From Scenedesmus sp. PABB004 (Eukaryota), in contig JABVCE010000017.1 in the NCBI GenBank assembly GCA_014905635.1, positions 62,001 through 126,000 on the forward strand: a stretch of DNA of 64,000 nt, in the 5' to 3' direction. Position numbers and translations under genes: made by a program. Below the pieces are notes generated by a model. The model made no database searches and was not told where the DNA came from. It saw only the letters and a program-made list of their open reading frames with translations. Positions within the stretch are counted from its first letter, which is position 1. Every line of letters begins with the position of its first letter. Positions 46,333-57,091 of the stretch are shown piece by piece.

Positions 46333-49300
46333 GCAAGCCGGCGCAGAGCGTGTAGCGAGCATGGCGCGGCCTAGGTGCGCGCAACTCACCAGCAAACCCA
46401 CCTGCACGCCGCCCGCTGGTCTCGATCGCGCGCCGCCGCGCGCGCCAGCCGGGGGCCGTCCTCTCCACGCGGGCGACGGCGCGGGCGCGTGCCGGGCGCG
46501 TGCGCCGGAGCTGCGGCGCCGGCCGCGGGCCCCGCGCGCGCGCGGCGCGGCGGCCCGGCACGGCGGCGCGCGCCGCCGGCGGTGCCCGGCGGGCCTGCGC
46601 GTGGCAGCGCGCTGAGCGGCAGCGGGGGCCGTCCTCTCCACGCGGGCGACGGCGCGGGCGCGTGCCGGGCGCGTGCGCCGGAGCTGCGGCGCCGGCCGCG
46701 GGCCCGCGCGGCGCGCGGCGCGGCGGCCCGGCACGGCGGCGCGCGCCGCCGGCGCTGCCCGGCGGGCCTGCGCGTGGCAGCGCGCCGAGCGGCAGCGGGG
46801 GCCGTCCTCTCCACGCGGGCGACGGCGCGGGCGCGTGCCGGGCGCGTGCGCCGGAGCTGCGGCGCGGCCGCGGGCCCGGCGCGCGCGGCGCGGCGGCCGG
46901 CACGGCGGCGCGCGCCGCCGGCGCTGCCCGGCGGGCCTGCGCGTGGCAGCGCGCCGAGCGGCAGCGGGGCCGTCCTCTCCACGCGGGCGACGGCGCGGGC
47001 GCGTGCCGGGCGCGTGCGCCGGAGCTGCGGCGCCGGCCGCGGGCCCGCGCGCGCGCGGCGCGGCGGCCCGGCACGGCGGCGCGCGCCGCCGGCGGTGCCC
47101 GGCGGGCCTGCGCGTGGCAGCGCGCCGAGCGGCAGCGGGGGCCGTCCTGTCCACGCGGGCGACGGCGCGGGCGCGTGCCGGGCGCGTGCGCCGGAGCTGC
47201 GGCGCCGGCCGCGGGCCGCGCGCGCGCGCGGCGGCGGCCCGGCACGGCGGCGCGCGCCGCCGGCGGTGCCCGGCGGGCCTGCGCGTGGCAGCGCGCCGAG
47301 CGGCAGCGGGGGCCGTCCTCTCCACGCGGGCGACGGCGCGGGCGCGTGCCGGGCGCGTGCGCCGGAGCTGCGGCGCCGGCCGCGGGCCCCGCGCGCGCGG
47401 CGCGGCGGCCCGGCACGGCGGCGCGCGCCGCCGGCGGTGCCCGGCGGGCCTGCGCGTGGCAGCGCGCCGAGCGGCAGCGGGGGCCGTCCTCTCCACGCGG
47501 GCGACGGCGCGGGCGCGTGCCGGGCGCGTGCGCCGGAGCTGCGGCGCCGGCCGCGGGCCCGCGCGGCGCGCGGCGCGGCGGCCCGGCACGGCGGCGCGCG
47601 CCGCCGGCGGTGCCGGCGGGCCTGCGCGTGGCAGCGCGCCGAGCGGCAGCGGGGGCCGTCCTCTCACGCGGGCGACGGCGCGGCGCGGTGCCGGGCGCGT
47701 GCGCCGGAGCTGCGGGCGCCGGCCGGGCCCGCGCGCGCGCGGCGCGGCGGCCCGGCACGGCGGCGCGCGCCGCCGGCGGTGCCCGGCGGGCCTGCGCGTG
47801 GCAGCGCGCCGAGCGGCAGCGGGGGCCGTCCTCTCCACGCGGGCGACGGCGCGGGCGCGTGCCGGGCGCGTGCGCCGGAGCTGCGGCGCCGGCCGCGGGC
47901 CCGCGCGCGCGCGGCGCGGCGGCCCGCACGGCGGCCGCGCGCCGCCGGCGGTGCCCGGCGGGCCTGCGCGTGGCAGCGCGCTGAGCGGCAGCGGGGGCCG
48001 TCCTCTCCACGCGGGCGACGGCGCGGGCGCGTGCCGGGCGCGTGCGCCGGAGCTGCGGCGCCGCCGCGGGCCCGCGCGCGCGCGCGGCGCGGCGGCCCGG
48101 CACGGCGGCGCGCGCCGCCGGCGGTGCCCGGCGGGCTGCGCGTGGCAGCGCGCCGAGCGGCAGCGGGGGCCGTCCTGTCCACGCGGGCGACGGCGCGGGC
48201 GCGTGCCGGGCGCGTGCGCCGGAGCTGCGGCGCCGGCCGCGGGCCCGGCGCGCGCGGCGCGGCGGCCGGCACGGCGGCGCGCGCCGCCGGCGGTGCCCGG
48301 CGGGCCTGCGCGTGGCAGCGCGCTGAGCGGCAGCGGGGCCGTCCTCTCCACGCGGGCGACGGCGCGGGCGCGTGCCGGGCGCGTGCGCCGGAGCTGCGGC
48401 GCCGGCCGCGGGCCCGCGCGCCGCGCGGCGCGGCGGCCCGGCACGGCGGCGCGCGCGCGCCGGCGGTGCCCGGCGGGCCTGCGCGTGGCAGCGCGCCGAG
48501 CGGCAGCGGGGCCGTCCTGTCCACGCGGGCGACGGCGCGGGCGCGTGCCGGGCGCGTGCGCCGGAGCTGCGGCGCCGGCCGCGGGCCCGCGCGCGCGGCG
48601 GCGCGGCGGCCCAGGCACGGCGGCGCGCGCCGCCGGCGGTGCCCGGCGGGCCTGCGCGTGGCAGCCGCTGAGCGGCAGCGGGGGCCGTCCTCTCCACGCG
48701 GGCGCGACGGCGCGGGCGCGTGCCGGGCGCGCGTGCGCCGGCTGCGGCGCGCGGCCGGGGCCCGCGCGCGCGCGGCGCGGCGGCCCCGGCACGGCGGCGC
48801 GCCCGCCGGCGGTGCCCGGCGGGCCTGCGCGTGGCAGCGCGCTGAGCGGCAGCGGGGGCCGTCCTCTCCACGCGGCGACGGCGCGGGCGCGTGCCGGGCG
48901 CGTGCGCCGGAGCTGCGGCGCGGCCGCGGGCCCGCGCGCGCGCGGCGCGGCGGCCCAGCACGGCGGCGCGCGCCGCCGGCGGTGCCCGGCGGGCCTGCGC
49001 GTGGCAGCGCGCTGAGCGGCAGCGGGGGCCGTCCTCTCCACGCGGGCGACGGCGCGGGCGCGTGCCGGGCGCGTGCGCCGGAGCTGCGGCGCCGGCCGCG
49101 GGCCCGCGCGCGCGCGGGCGCGCGGCCCGGCACGGCGGCGCGCGCCGCCGGCGCGGTGCCCGGCGGGCCTGCGCGTGGCAGCGCGCTGAGCGGCAGCGGG
49201 GCCGTCCTCTCCACGCGGGCGACGGCGCGGGCGCGTGCCGGGCGCGTGCGCCGGAGCTGCGGCGCCGGCCGCGGGGCCCGCGCGCGCGCGGCGCGGCGGC

Positions 49301-52300
49301 CCAGCACGGCGGCGCGCGCCGCCGGCGGTGCCCGGCGGGCCTCGCGTGGCAGCGCGCCGAGCGGCAGCGGGGGCCGTCCTCTCCACGCGGGGCGACGGCG
49401 CGGCGCCGTGCCGGGCGCGTGCGCCGGAGCTGCGGCGCCGGCCGCGGGCCGCGCGCGCGCGGCGCGGCGGCGGCCCAGCACGGCGGCGCGCGCCGCCGGC
49501 GGTGCCCGGCGGGCTGCGCGTGGCAGCGCGCTGAGCGGCAGCGGGGGCCGTCCTCTCCACGCGGCGACGGCGCGGGCGCGTGCGGGCGCGTGCGCCGGAG
49601 CTGCGGCGCCGGCCGCGGGCCCGCGCGCGCGCGCGCGGCGGCGGCCCAGCACGGCGGCGCGCGCCGCCGGCGGTGCCCGGCGGGCCTGCGCGTGGCAGCG
49701 CGCTGAGCGGCAGCGGGGGCCGTCCTCTCCACGCGGGCGACGGCGCGGGCGCGTGCCGGGCGGTGCGCCGGAGCTGCGGCGCCGGCCGCGGGCCCGCGCG
49801 CGCGCGGCGCGGCGGCCCGGCACGGCGGCGCGCGCCGCCGGCGGTGCCCGGCGGGCCTGCGCGTGGCAGCGCGCTGAGCGGCAGCGGGGGCCGTCCTCTC
49901 CACGCGGGCGACGGCGCGGGCGCGTGCCGGGCGCGTGCGCCGGAGCTGCGGCGCCGGCCGCGGGCCCCGCGCGCGCGGCGCGGCGGCCCAGCACGGCGGC
50001 GCGCGCCGCCGGCGGTGCCCGGCGGGCCTGCGCGTGGCAGCGCGCTGAGCGGCAGCGGGGGCCGTCCTCTCCACGCGGGCGACGGCGCGGGCGCGTGCCG
50101 GGCGCGTGCGCCGGAGCTGCGGCGCCGGCCGCGGGCCCGCGCGCGCGCGCGCGGCGGCCCAGCACGGCGGCGCGCGCCGCCGGGTGCCGGCGGGCCTGCG
50201 CGTGGCAGCGCGCTGAGCGGCAGCGGGGGCCGTCCTCTCCACGCGGGCGACGGCGCGGGCGCGTGCCGGGCGCGTGCGCCGGAGCTGCGGCGCCGGCCGC
50301 GGGCCCGCGCGCGCGCGGCGCGGCGGCCCAGCACGGCGGCGCGCGCCGCCGGCGGTGCCCGGCGGGCCTGCGCGTGGCAGCGCGCTGAGCGGCAGCGGGG
50401 GCCGTCCTCTCCACGCGGGCGACGGCGCGGGGCGCGTGCCGGGCGCGTGCGCCGGAGCTGCGGCGCCGGCCGCGGCCCGCGCGCGCGCGGCGCGGCGGCC
50501 CGGCACGGCGGCGCGCGCCGCCGGCGGTGCCCGGCGGGCCTGCGCGTGGCAGCGCGCTGAGCGGCAGCGGGGGCCGTCCTCTCCACGCGGGCGACGGCGC
50601 GGGCGCGTGCCGGGGCGCGTGCGCCGGAGCTGCGGCGCCGGCCGCGGGCCCGCGGCGCGCGGCGCGGCGGCCCAGCACGGCGGCGCGCGCCGCCGGCGGT
50701 GCCCGGCGGGCCTGCGCGTGGCAGCGCGCTGAGCGGCAGCGGGGGCCGTCCTCTCCACGCGGGCGACGGCGCGGGCGCGTGCCGGGCGCGTGCGCCGGAG
50801 CTGCGGCGCCGGCCGCGGCCCGCGCGCGCGCGGCGCGGCGGCCCGGCACGGCGGCGCGCGCCGCCGGCGGTGCCCGGCGGGCCTGCGCGTGGCAGCGCGC
50901 TGAGCGGCAGCGGGGGCCGTCCTCTCCACGCGGGCGACGGCGCGGGCGCGTGCCGGGCGCGTGCGCCGGAGCTGCGGCGCCGGCCGCGGGCCCGCGCGCG
51001 CGCGGCGCGGCGGCCCAGCACGCGGCGGCGCGCGCCGGCGGTGCCCGGCGGGCCTGCGCGTGGCAGCGCGCTGAGCGGCAGCGGGGGCCGTCCTCTCCAC
51101 GCGGGCGACGGCGCGGGCGCGTGCCGGGCGCGTGCGCCGGAGCTGCGGCGCCGGCCGCGGGCCCGCGCGCGCGCGCGGCGGCGGCGGCCCGGCACGGCGG
51201 CGCGCGCCGCCGGCGGTGCCCGGCGGGCCTGCGCGTGGCAGCGCGCTGAGCGGCAGCGGGGGCCGTCCTCTCCACGCGGGCGACGGCGCGGGCGCGTGCC
51301 GGGCGCGTGCGCCGGAGCTGCGGCGCCGGCCGCGGGCCGCGCGCGCGCGGCGGCGCGGCGGCCCGGCACGGCGGCGCGCGCCGCCGGCGGTGCCGGCGGG
51401 CCTGCGCGTGGCAGCGCGCTGAGCGGCAGCGGGGGCCGTCCTCTCCACGCGGGCGACGGCGCGGGCGCGTGCCGGGCGCGTGCGCCGGAGCTGCGGCGCG
51501 GCCGCGGGCCCGCGCGCGCGCGGCGCGGCGGCCCAGCACGGCGGCGCGCGCCGCCGGCGGTGCCCGGCGGGCCTGCGCGTGGCAGCGCGCTGAGCGGCAG
51601 CGGGGGCCGTCCTCTCCACGCGGGCGACGGCGCGGGCGCGTGCCGGCGCGTGCGCCGGAGCTGCGGCGCCGGCCGCGGGCCGCGCGCGCGCGGCGCGGCG
51701 GCCCAGCACGGCGGCGCGCGCCGCCGGCGGTGCCCGGCGGGCCTGCGCGTGGCAGCGCGCTGAGCGGCAGCGGGGGCCGTCCTCTCCACGCGGCGACGGC
51801 GCGGGCGCGTGCCGGGCGCGTGCGCCGGAGCTGCGGCGCCGGCCGCGGGCCCGCGCGCGCGCGGCGCGGCGGCCCGGCACGGCGGCGCGCGCCGCGGCGG
51901 TGCCCGGCGGGCCTGCGCGTGGCAGCGCGCTGAGCGGCAGCGGGGGCCGTCCTCTCCACGCGGGCGACGGCGCGGGCGCGTGCCGGGCGCGTGCGCCGGA
52001 GCTGCGGCGCCGGCCGCGGGCCCGCGCGCGCGCGCGGCGGCGGCCCGCGGCACGGCGGCGCGCGCCGCCGGCGGTGCCCGGCGGGCCTGCGCGTGGCAGC
52101 GCGCTGAGCGGCAGCGGGGGCCGTCCTCTCCACGCGGGCGACGGCGCGGGCGCGTGCCGGGCGCGTGCGCCGGAGCTGCGGCGCCGGCCGGGGCCCGCGC
52201 GCGGCGGCGCGGCGGCCCGGCACGGCGGCGCGCGCCGCCGGCGGTGCCCGGCGGGCCTGCGCGTGGCAGCGCGCTGAGCGGCAGCGGGGGCCGTCCTCTC

Positions 52301-55300
52301 CACGCGGGCGACGGCGCGGGCGCGTGCCGGGCGCGTGCGCCGGAGCTGCGGCGCCGGCCGCGGGCCCCCGCGCGCGCGCGGCGCGGCGGCCCGGCACGGC
52401 GGCGCGCGCCGCCGGCGGTGCCCGGCGGGCCTGCGCGTGGCAGCGCGCTGAGCGGCAGCGGGGGCCGTCCTCTCCACGCGGGCGACGGCGCGGGCGCGTG
52501 CCGGGCGCGTGCGCCGGAGCTGCGGCGCGGCCGCGGGCCCGCGCGCGCGCGGCGCGGCGGCCCAGCACGGCGGCGCGCCCGCCGGCGGTGCCCGGCGGGC
52601 CTGCGCGTGGCAGCGCGCTGAGCGGCAGCGGGGGCCGTCCTCTCCACGCGGGCGACGGCGCGGGCGCGTGCCGGCGCGTGCGCCGGAGCTGCGGCGCCGG
52701 CCGCGGCCCGGCGCCGCGGCGGCGCGGCGGCCCAGCACGGCGGCGCGCGCGCCGCCGGCGGTGCCCGGCGGGCCTGCGCGTGGCAGCAGCGCGCTGAGCG
52801 GCAGCGGGGGCCGTCCTCTCCACGCGGGCGACGGCGCGGGCGCGTGCCGGGCGCGTGCGCCGGAGCTGCGGCGCCGGCCGCGGGCCCGCGCGCGCGCGGC
52901 GCGGCGGCCCAGCACGGCGGCGCGCGCCGCCGCGGTGCCCGGCGGGCCTGCGCGTGGCAGCGCGCTGAGCGGCAGCGGGGGCCGTCCTCTCCACGCGGGC
53001 GACGGCGCGGGCGCGTGCCGGCGCGTGCGCCGGAGCTGCGGCGCGGCCGCGGGCCCGCGCGCGCGCGGCGCGGCGGCCCGGCACGGCGGCGCGCGCCGCC
53101 GGCGGTGCCCGGCGGGCCTGCGCGTGGCAGCGCGCTGAGCGGCAGCGGGGGCCGTCCTCTCCACGCGGGCGACGGCGCGGGCGCGTGCCGGGCGCGTGCG
53201 CCGGAGCTGCGGCGCCGGCCGCGGGCCGCGCGCGCGCGGCGCGCGGCGGCCCAGCACGGCGGCGCGCGCCGCCGGCGGTGCCCGGCGGGCCTGCGCGTGG
53301 CAGCGCGCTGAGCGGCAGCGGGGGCCGTCCTCTCCACGCGGGCGACGGCGCGGGGCGCGCCGGGCGCGTGCGCCGGAGCTGCGGCGCCGGCCGCGGGCCC
53401 GCGCGCGCGCGCGGCGCGGCGGCCCAGCACGGCGGCGCGCGCCGCCGGCGGTGCCCGGCGGGCCTGCGCGTGGCAGCGCGCTGAGCGGCAGCGGGGGCCG
53501 TCCTCTCCACGCGGGCGACGGCGCGGGCGCGTGCCGGGCGCGTGCGCCGGAGCTGCGGCGCCGGCCGCGGGCCGCGGCGCGCGCGGCGCGGCGGCCCAGC
53601 ACGGCGGCGCGCGCCGCGCGCCGCCGGCGGTGCCCGGCGGGCCTGCGCGTGCAGCGCGCTGAGCGCAGCGGGGGCCGTCCTCTCCACGCGGGCGACGGCG
53701 CGGGCGCGTGCGGGCGCGTGCGCCGGAGCTGCGGCGCCGGCCGCGGCCCGCGCGCGCGGGCGCGGCGGCCCGGCACGGCGCGCGCGCCGCCGGCGGTGCC
53801 CGGCGGGCCTGCGCGTGGCAGCGCGCTGAGCGGCAGCGGGGGCCGTCCTCTCCACGCGGGCGACGGCGCGGGCGCGTGCCGGGCGCGTGCGCCGGAGCTG
53901 CGGCGCCGGCCGCGGGCCCGCGCGCGCGCGGCGCGGCGGCCCAGCACGGCGGCGCGCGCCGCCGGCGGTGCCCGGCGGGCCTGCGCGTGGCAGCGCGCTG
54001 AGCGGCAGCGGGGGCCGTCCTCTCCACGCGGGCGACGGCGCGGGCGCGTGCCGGGCGCGTGCGCCGGAGCTGCGGCGCCGGCCGCGGGCCCGCGCGCGCG
54101 GGCGGCGGCCCAGGCACGGCGGCGCGCGCCGCCGGCGGTGCCCGGCGGGCCTGCGCGTGGCAGCGCGCTGAGCGGCAGCGGGGCCGTCCTCTCCACGCGG
54201 GCGACGGCGCGGGCGCGTGCCGGGCGCGTGCGCCGGAGCTGCGGCGCCGGCCGCGGGCCCGCGCGCGCGCGGCGCGGCGGCCCAGCACGGCGGCGCGCGC
54301 CGCCGGCGGTGCCCGGCGGGCCTGCGCGTGGCAGCGCGCTGAGCGGCAGCGGGGGCCGTCCTCTCCACGCGGGCGACGGCGCGGGCGCGTGCCGGGCGCG
54401 TGCGCCGGAGCTGCGGCGCCGGCGGCCCGCGCGCGCGCGGCGCGGCGGCCAGCACGGCGGCGCGCGCCGCCGGCGGTGCCCGGCGGGCCTGCGCGTGGCA
54501 GCGCGCTGACGGCAGCGGGGCCGTCCTCTCCACGCGGGCGACGGCGCGGGCGCGTGCCGGCGCGTGCGCGGAGCTGCGGCGCCGGCCGCGGGCCCGCGCG
54601 CGCGCGGCGCGGCGGCCCAGCACGGCGGCGCGCGCCGCCGGCGGTGCCCGGCGGGCCTGCGCGTGGCAGCGCGCTGAGCGGCAGCGGGGGCCGTCCTCTC
54701 CACGCGGGCGACGGCGCCGGGCGCGTGCCGGGCGCGTGCGCCGGAGCTGCGGCGCCGGCCGCGGGCCCGCGCGCCGCGCGGCGCGGCGGCCCGCACGGCG
54801 GCGCGCGCCGCCGGCGGTGCCCGGCGGGCCTGCGCGTGGCAGCGCGCTGAGCGGCAGCGGGGGCCGTCCTCTCCACGCGGGCGACGGCGCGGGGCGCGTG
54901 CCGGGCGCGTGCGCCGGAGCTGCGGCGCCGGCCGCGGGCCCGCGCGCGCCGGCGCGGCGGCCGCACGGCGGCGCGCGCCGCCGGCGGTGCCCGGCGGGCC
55001 TGCGCGTGGCAGCGCGCTGAGCGGCAGCGGGGGCCGTCCTCTCCACGCGGGCGACGGCGCGGGCGCGTGCCGGGCGCGTGCGCCGGAGCTGCGGCGCCGC
55101 CGCGGGCCCGCGCGCGCGCGGCGCGGCGGCCAGCACGGCGGCGCGCGCGCCGCCGGCGGTGCCCGGCGGGCCTGCGCGTGGCAGCGCGCTGAGCGGCAGC
55201 GGGGGCCGTCCTCTCCACGCGGGCGACGGCGCGGGCGCGTGCCGGGCGCGTGCGCCGGAGCTGCGGCGCCGGCCGCGGGCCCGGCGCGCGCGGCGCGGCG

Positions 55301-56222
55301 GCCCACACGGCGGCGCGCGCCGCGGCGTGCCCGGCGGGCCTGGCGCGTGCAGCGGCGCTGAGCGGCAGCGGGGGCCGTCCTCTCCACGCGGGCGACGGCG
55401 CGGGCGCGTGCCGGGCGCGTGCGCCGGAGCTGCGGCGCCGGCCGCGGGCCCGCGCGCGCGCGGCGCGGCGGCCCAGCACGGCGGCGCGCGCCGCCGGCGG
55501 TGCCCGGCGGGCCTGCGCGTGGCAGCGCGCTGAGCGGCAGCGGGGGCCGTCCTCTCCACGCGGGCGACGGCGCGGGCGCGTGCCGGGCGCGTGCGCCGGA
55601 GCTGCGGCGCCGGCCGCGGGCCCGCCGCGCGCGCGGCGCGGCGGCCCGGCACGGCGGCGCGCGCCGCCGGCGGTGCCCGGCGGGCCTGCGCGTGGCAGCG
55701 CCTGAGCGGCAGCGGGGGCCGTCCTCTCCACGCGGGCGACGGCGCGGGCGCGTGCCGGGCGCGTGCGCCGGAGCTGCGGCGCCGGCCGCGGGCCCCGCGC
55801 GCGCGCGGCGCGGCGGCCCAGCACGGCGGCGCGCGCCGCCGGCGGTGCCCGGCGGGCCTGCGCGTGGCAGCGCGCCGAGCGGCAGCGGGGGCCGTCCTCT
55901 CCACGCGGGCGACGGCGCGGGCGCGTGCCGGGCGCGTGCGCCGGAGCTGCGGCGCCGGCCGCGGGCCCGCGCGCCGCGCGGCGCGGCGGCCCGGCACGGC
56001 GGCGCGCGCCGCCGGCGGTGCCCGGCGGGCCTGCGCGTGGCAGCGCGCTGAGCGGGCAGCGGGGGCCGTCCTCTCCACGCGGGCGACGGCGCGGGCGCGT
56101 GCCGGGCGCGTGCGCCGGAGCTGCGGCGCCGGCCGCGGGCCCGCGCGCGCGCGGCGCGGCGGCCCGGCACGGCGGCGCGCGCCGCCGGCGGTGCCCGGCG
56201 GGCCTGCGCGTGGCAGCGCGCT

Positions 56223-56294
56223 TTCAATGGGCTGCCCCTGGGCCTCGGTCCTTGTCTGGTCACCCGTTGTAACAAAAAAAAAAAAAAAAAAAAA
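56223..56294 (+). mobile_element. Ultra-short LINE 3'-end insertion with poly(A)
   Basis: Last ~50 nt of the LINE plus A21. TSD AGCGCGCT. Confidence 0.9.
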
Positions 56295-56380
56295 GCGCGC
56301 TGAGCGGCAGCGGGGGCCGTCCTCTCCACGCGGGCGACGGCGCGGGCGCGTGCCGGGCGCGTGCGCCGGAGCTTCGGCGC

Positions 56381-56455
56381 TTTTTTCAGTGGGCTGCCCC
56401 TGGGCCTCGGTCCTTGTTTGGTCACCCATTGTAACAAAAAAAAAAAAAAAAAAAA
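56381..56455 (+). mobile_element. Ultra-short LINE 3'-end insertion with poly(A)
   Basis: Last ~55 nt plus A20. TSD AGCT(T/G)CGGCGC. Confidence 0.9.
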
Positions 56456-57091
56456 GCTGCGGCGCCGGCCGCGGGCCCGCGCGCGCGCGGCGCGGCGGCC
56501 CAGCACGGCGGCGCGCGCCGCCGGCGGTGCCCGGCGGGCCTGCGCGTGGCAGCGCGCTGAGCGGCAGCGGGGCCGTCCTCTCCACGCGGGGCGACGGCGC
56601 GGGCGCGTGCCGGGCGCGTGCGCCGGAGCTGCGGCGGCCGCGGGCCGCGCGCGCGCGGCGCGGCGCCCGGCACGGCGGCGCGCGCCGCCGGCGGTGCCGG
56701 CGGGCCTGCGCGTGGCAGCGCGCTGAGCGGCAGCGGGGGCCGTCCTCTCCACGCGGGCGACGGCGCGGGCGCGTGCCGGGCGCGTGCGCCGGAGCTGCGG
56801 CGCCGGCCGCGGGCCCGCGCGCGCGCGGCGCGGCGGCCCGGCACGGCGGCGCGCGCCGCCGCGGTGCCCGGCGGGCCTGCGCGTGGCAGCGCGCTGAGCG
56901 GCAGCGGGGGCCGTCCTCTCCACGCGGGCGACGGCGCGCGGGCGCGTGCCGGGCGCGTGCGCCGGAGCTGCGGCGCCGGCCGCGGCCCGCGCCGCGCGCG
57001 GCGCGGCGGCCCAGCACGGCGGCGCGCCGCCGCCGGCGGTGCCCGGCGGGCCTGCGCGTGGCAGCGCGCTGAGCGGCAGCGGGGGCCGTCC

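Larger units (their letters stand above)
46451..57091. repeat. Tandem satellite, ~172-bp monomer, roughly 60 copies, ~90% GC
   Basis: GGGGGCCGTCCTCTCCACGCGGGCGACGG...GCCGGAGCTGCGGCG...GGGCCTGCGCGTGGCAGCGCGCTGAGCGGCAGC recurs every ~170-174 bp. Confidence 0.98.

Noticed and set aside
46183..57017. Giant ORFs of 3100-3500 aa
   Set aside because: Artefacts of a stop-poor ~90% GC satellite. All three minus frames are open and shift with indels.
46451..57091. CRISPR-like array
   Set aside because: No unique spacers, the whole monomer repeats, there are no cas genes, and the context is eukaryotic.
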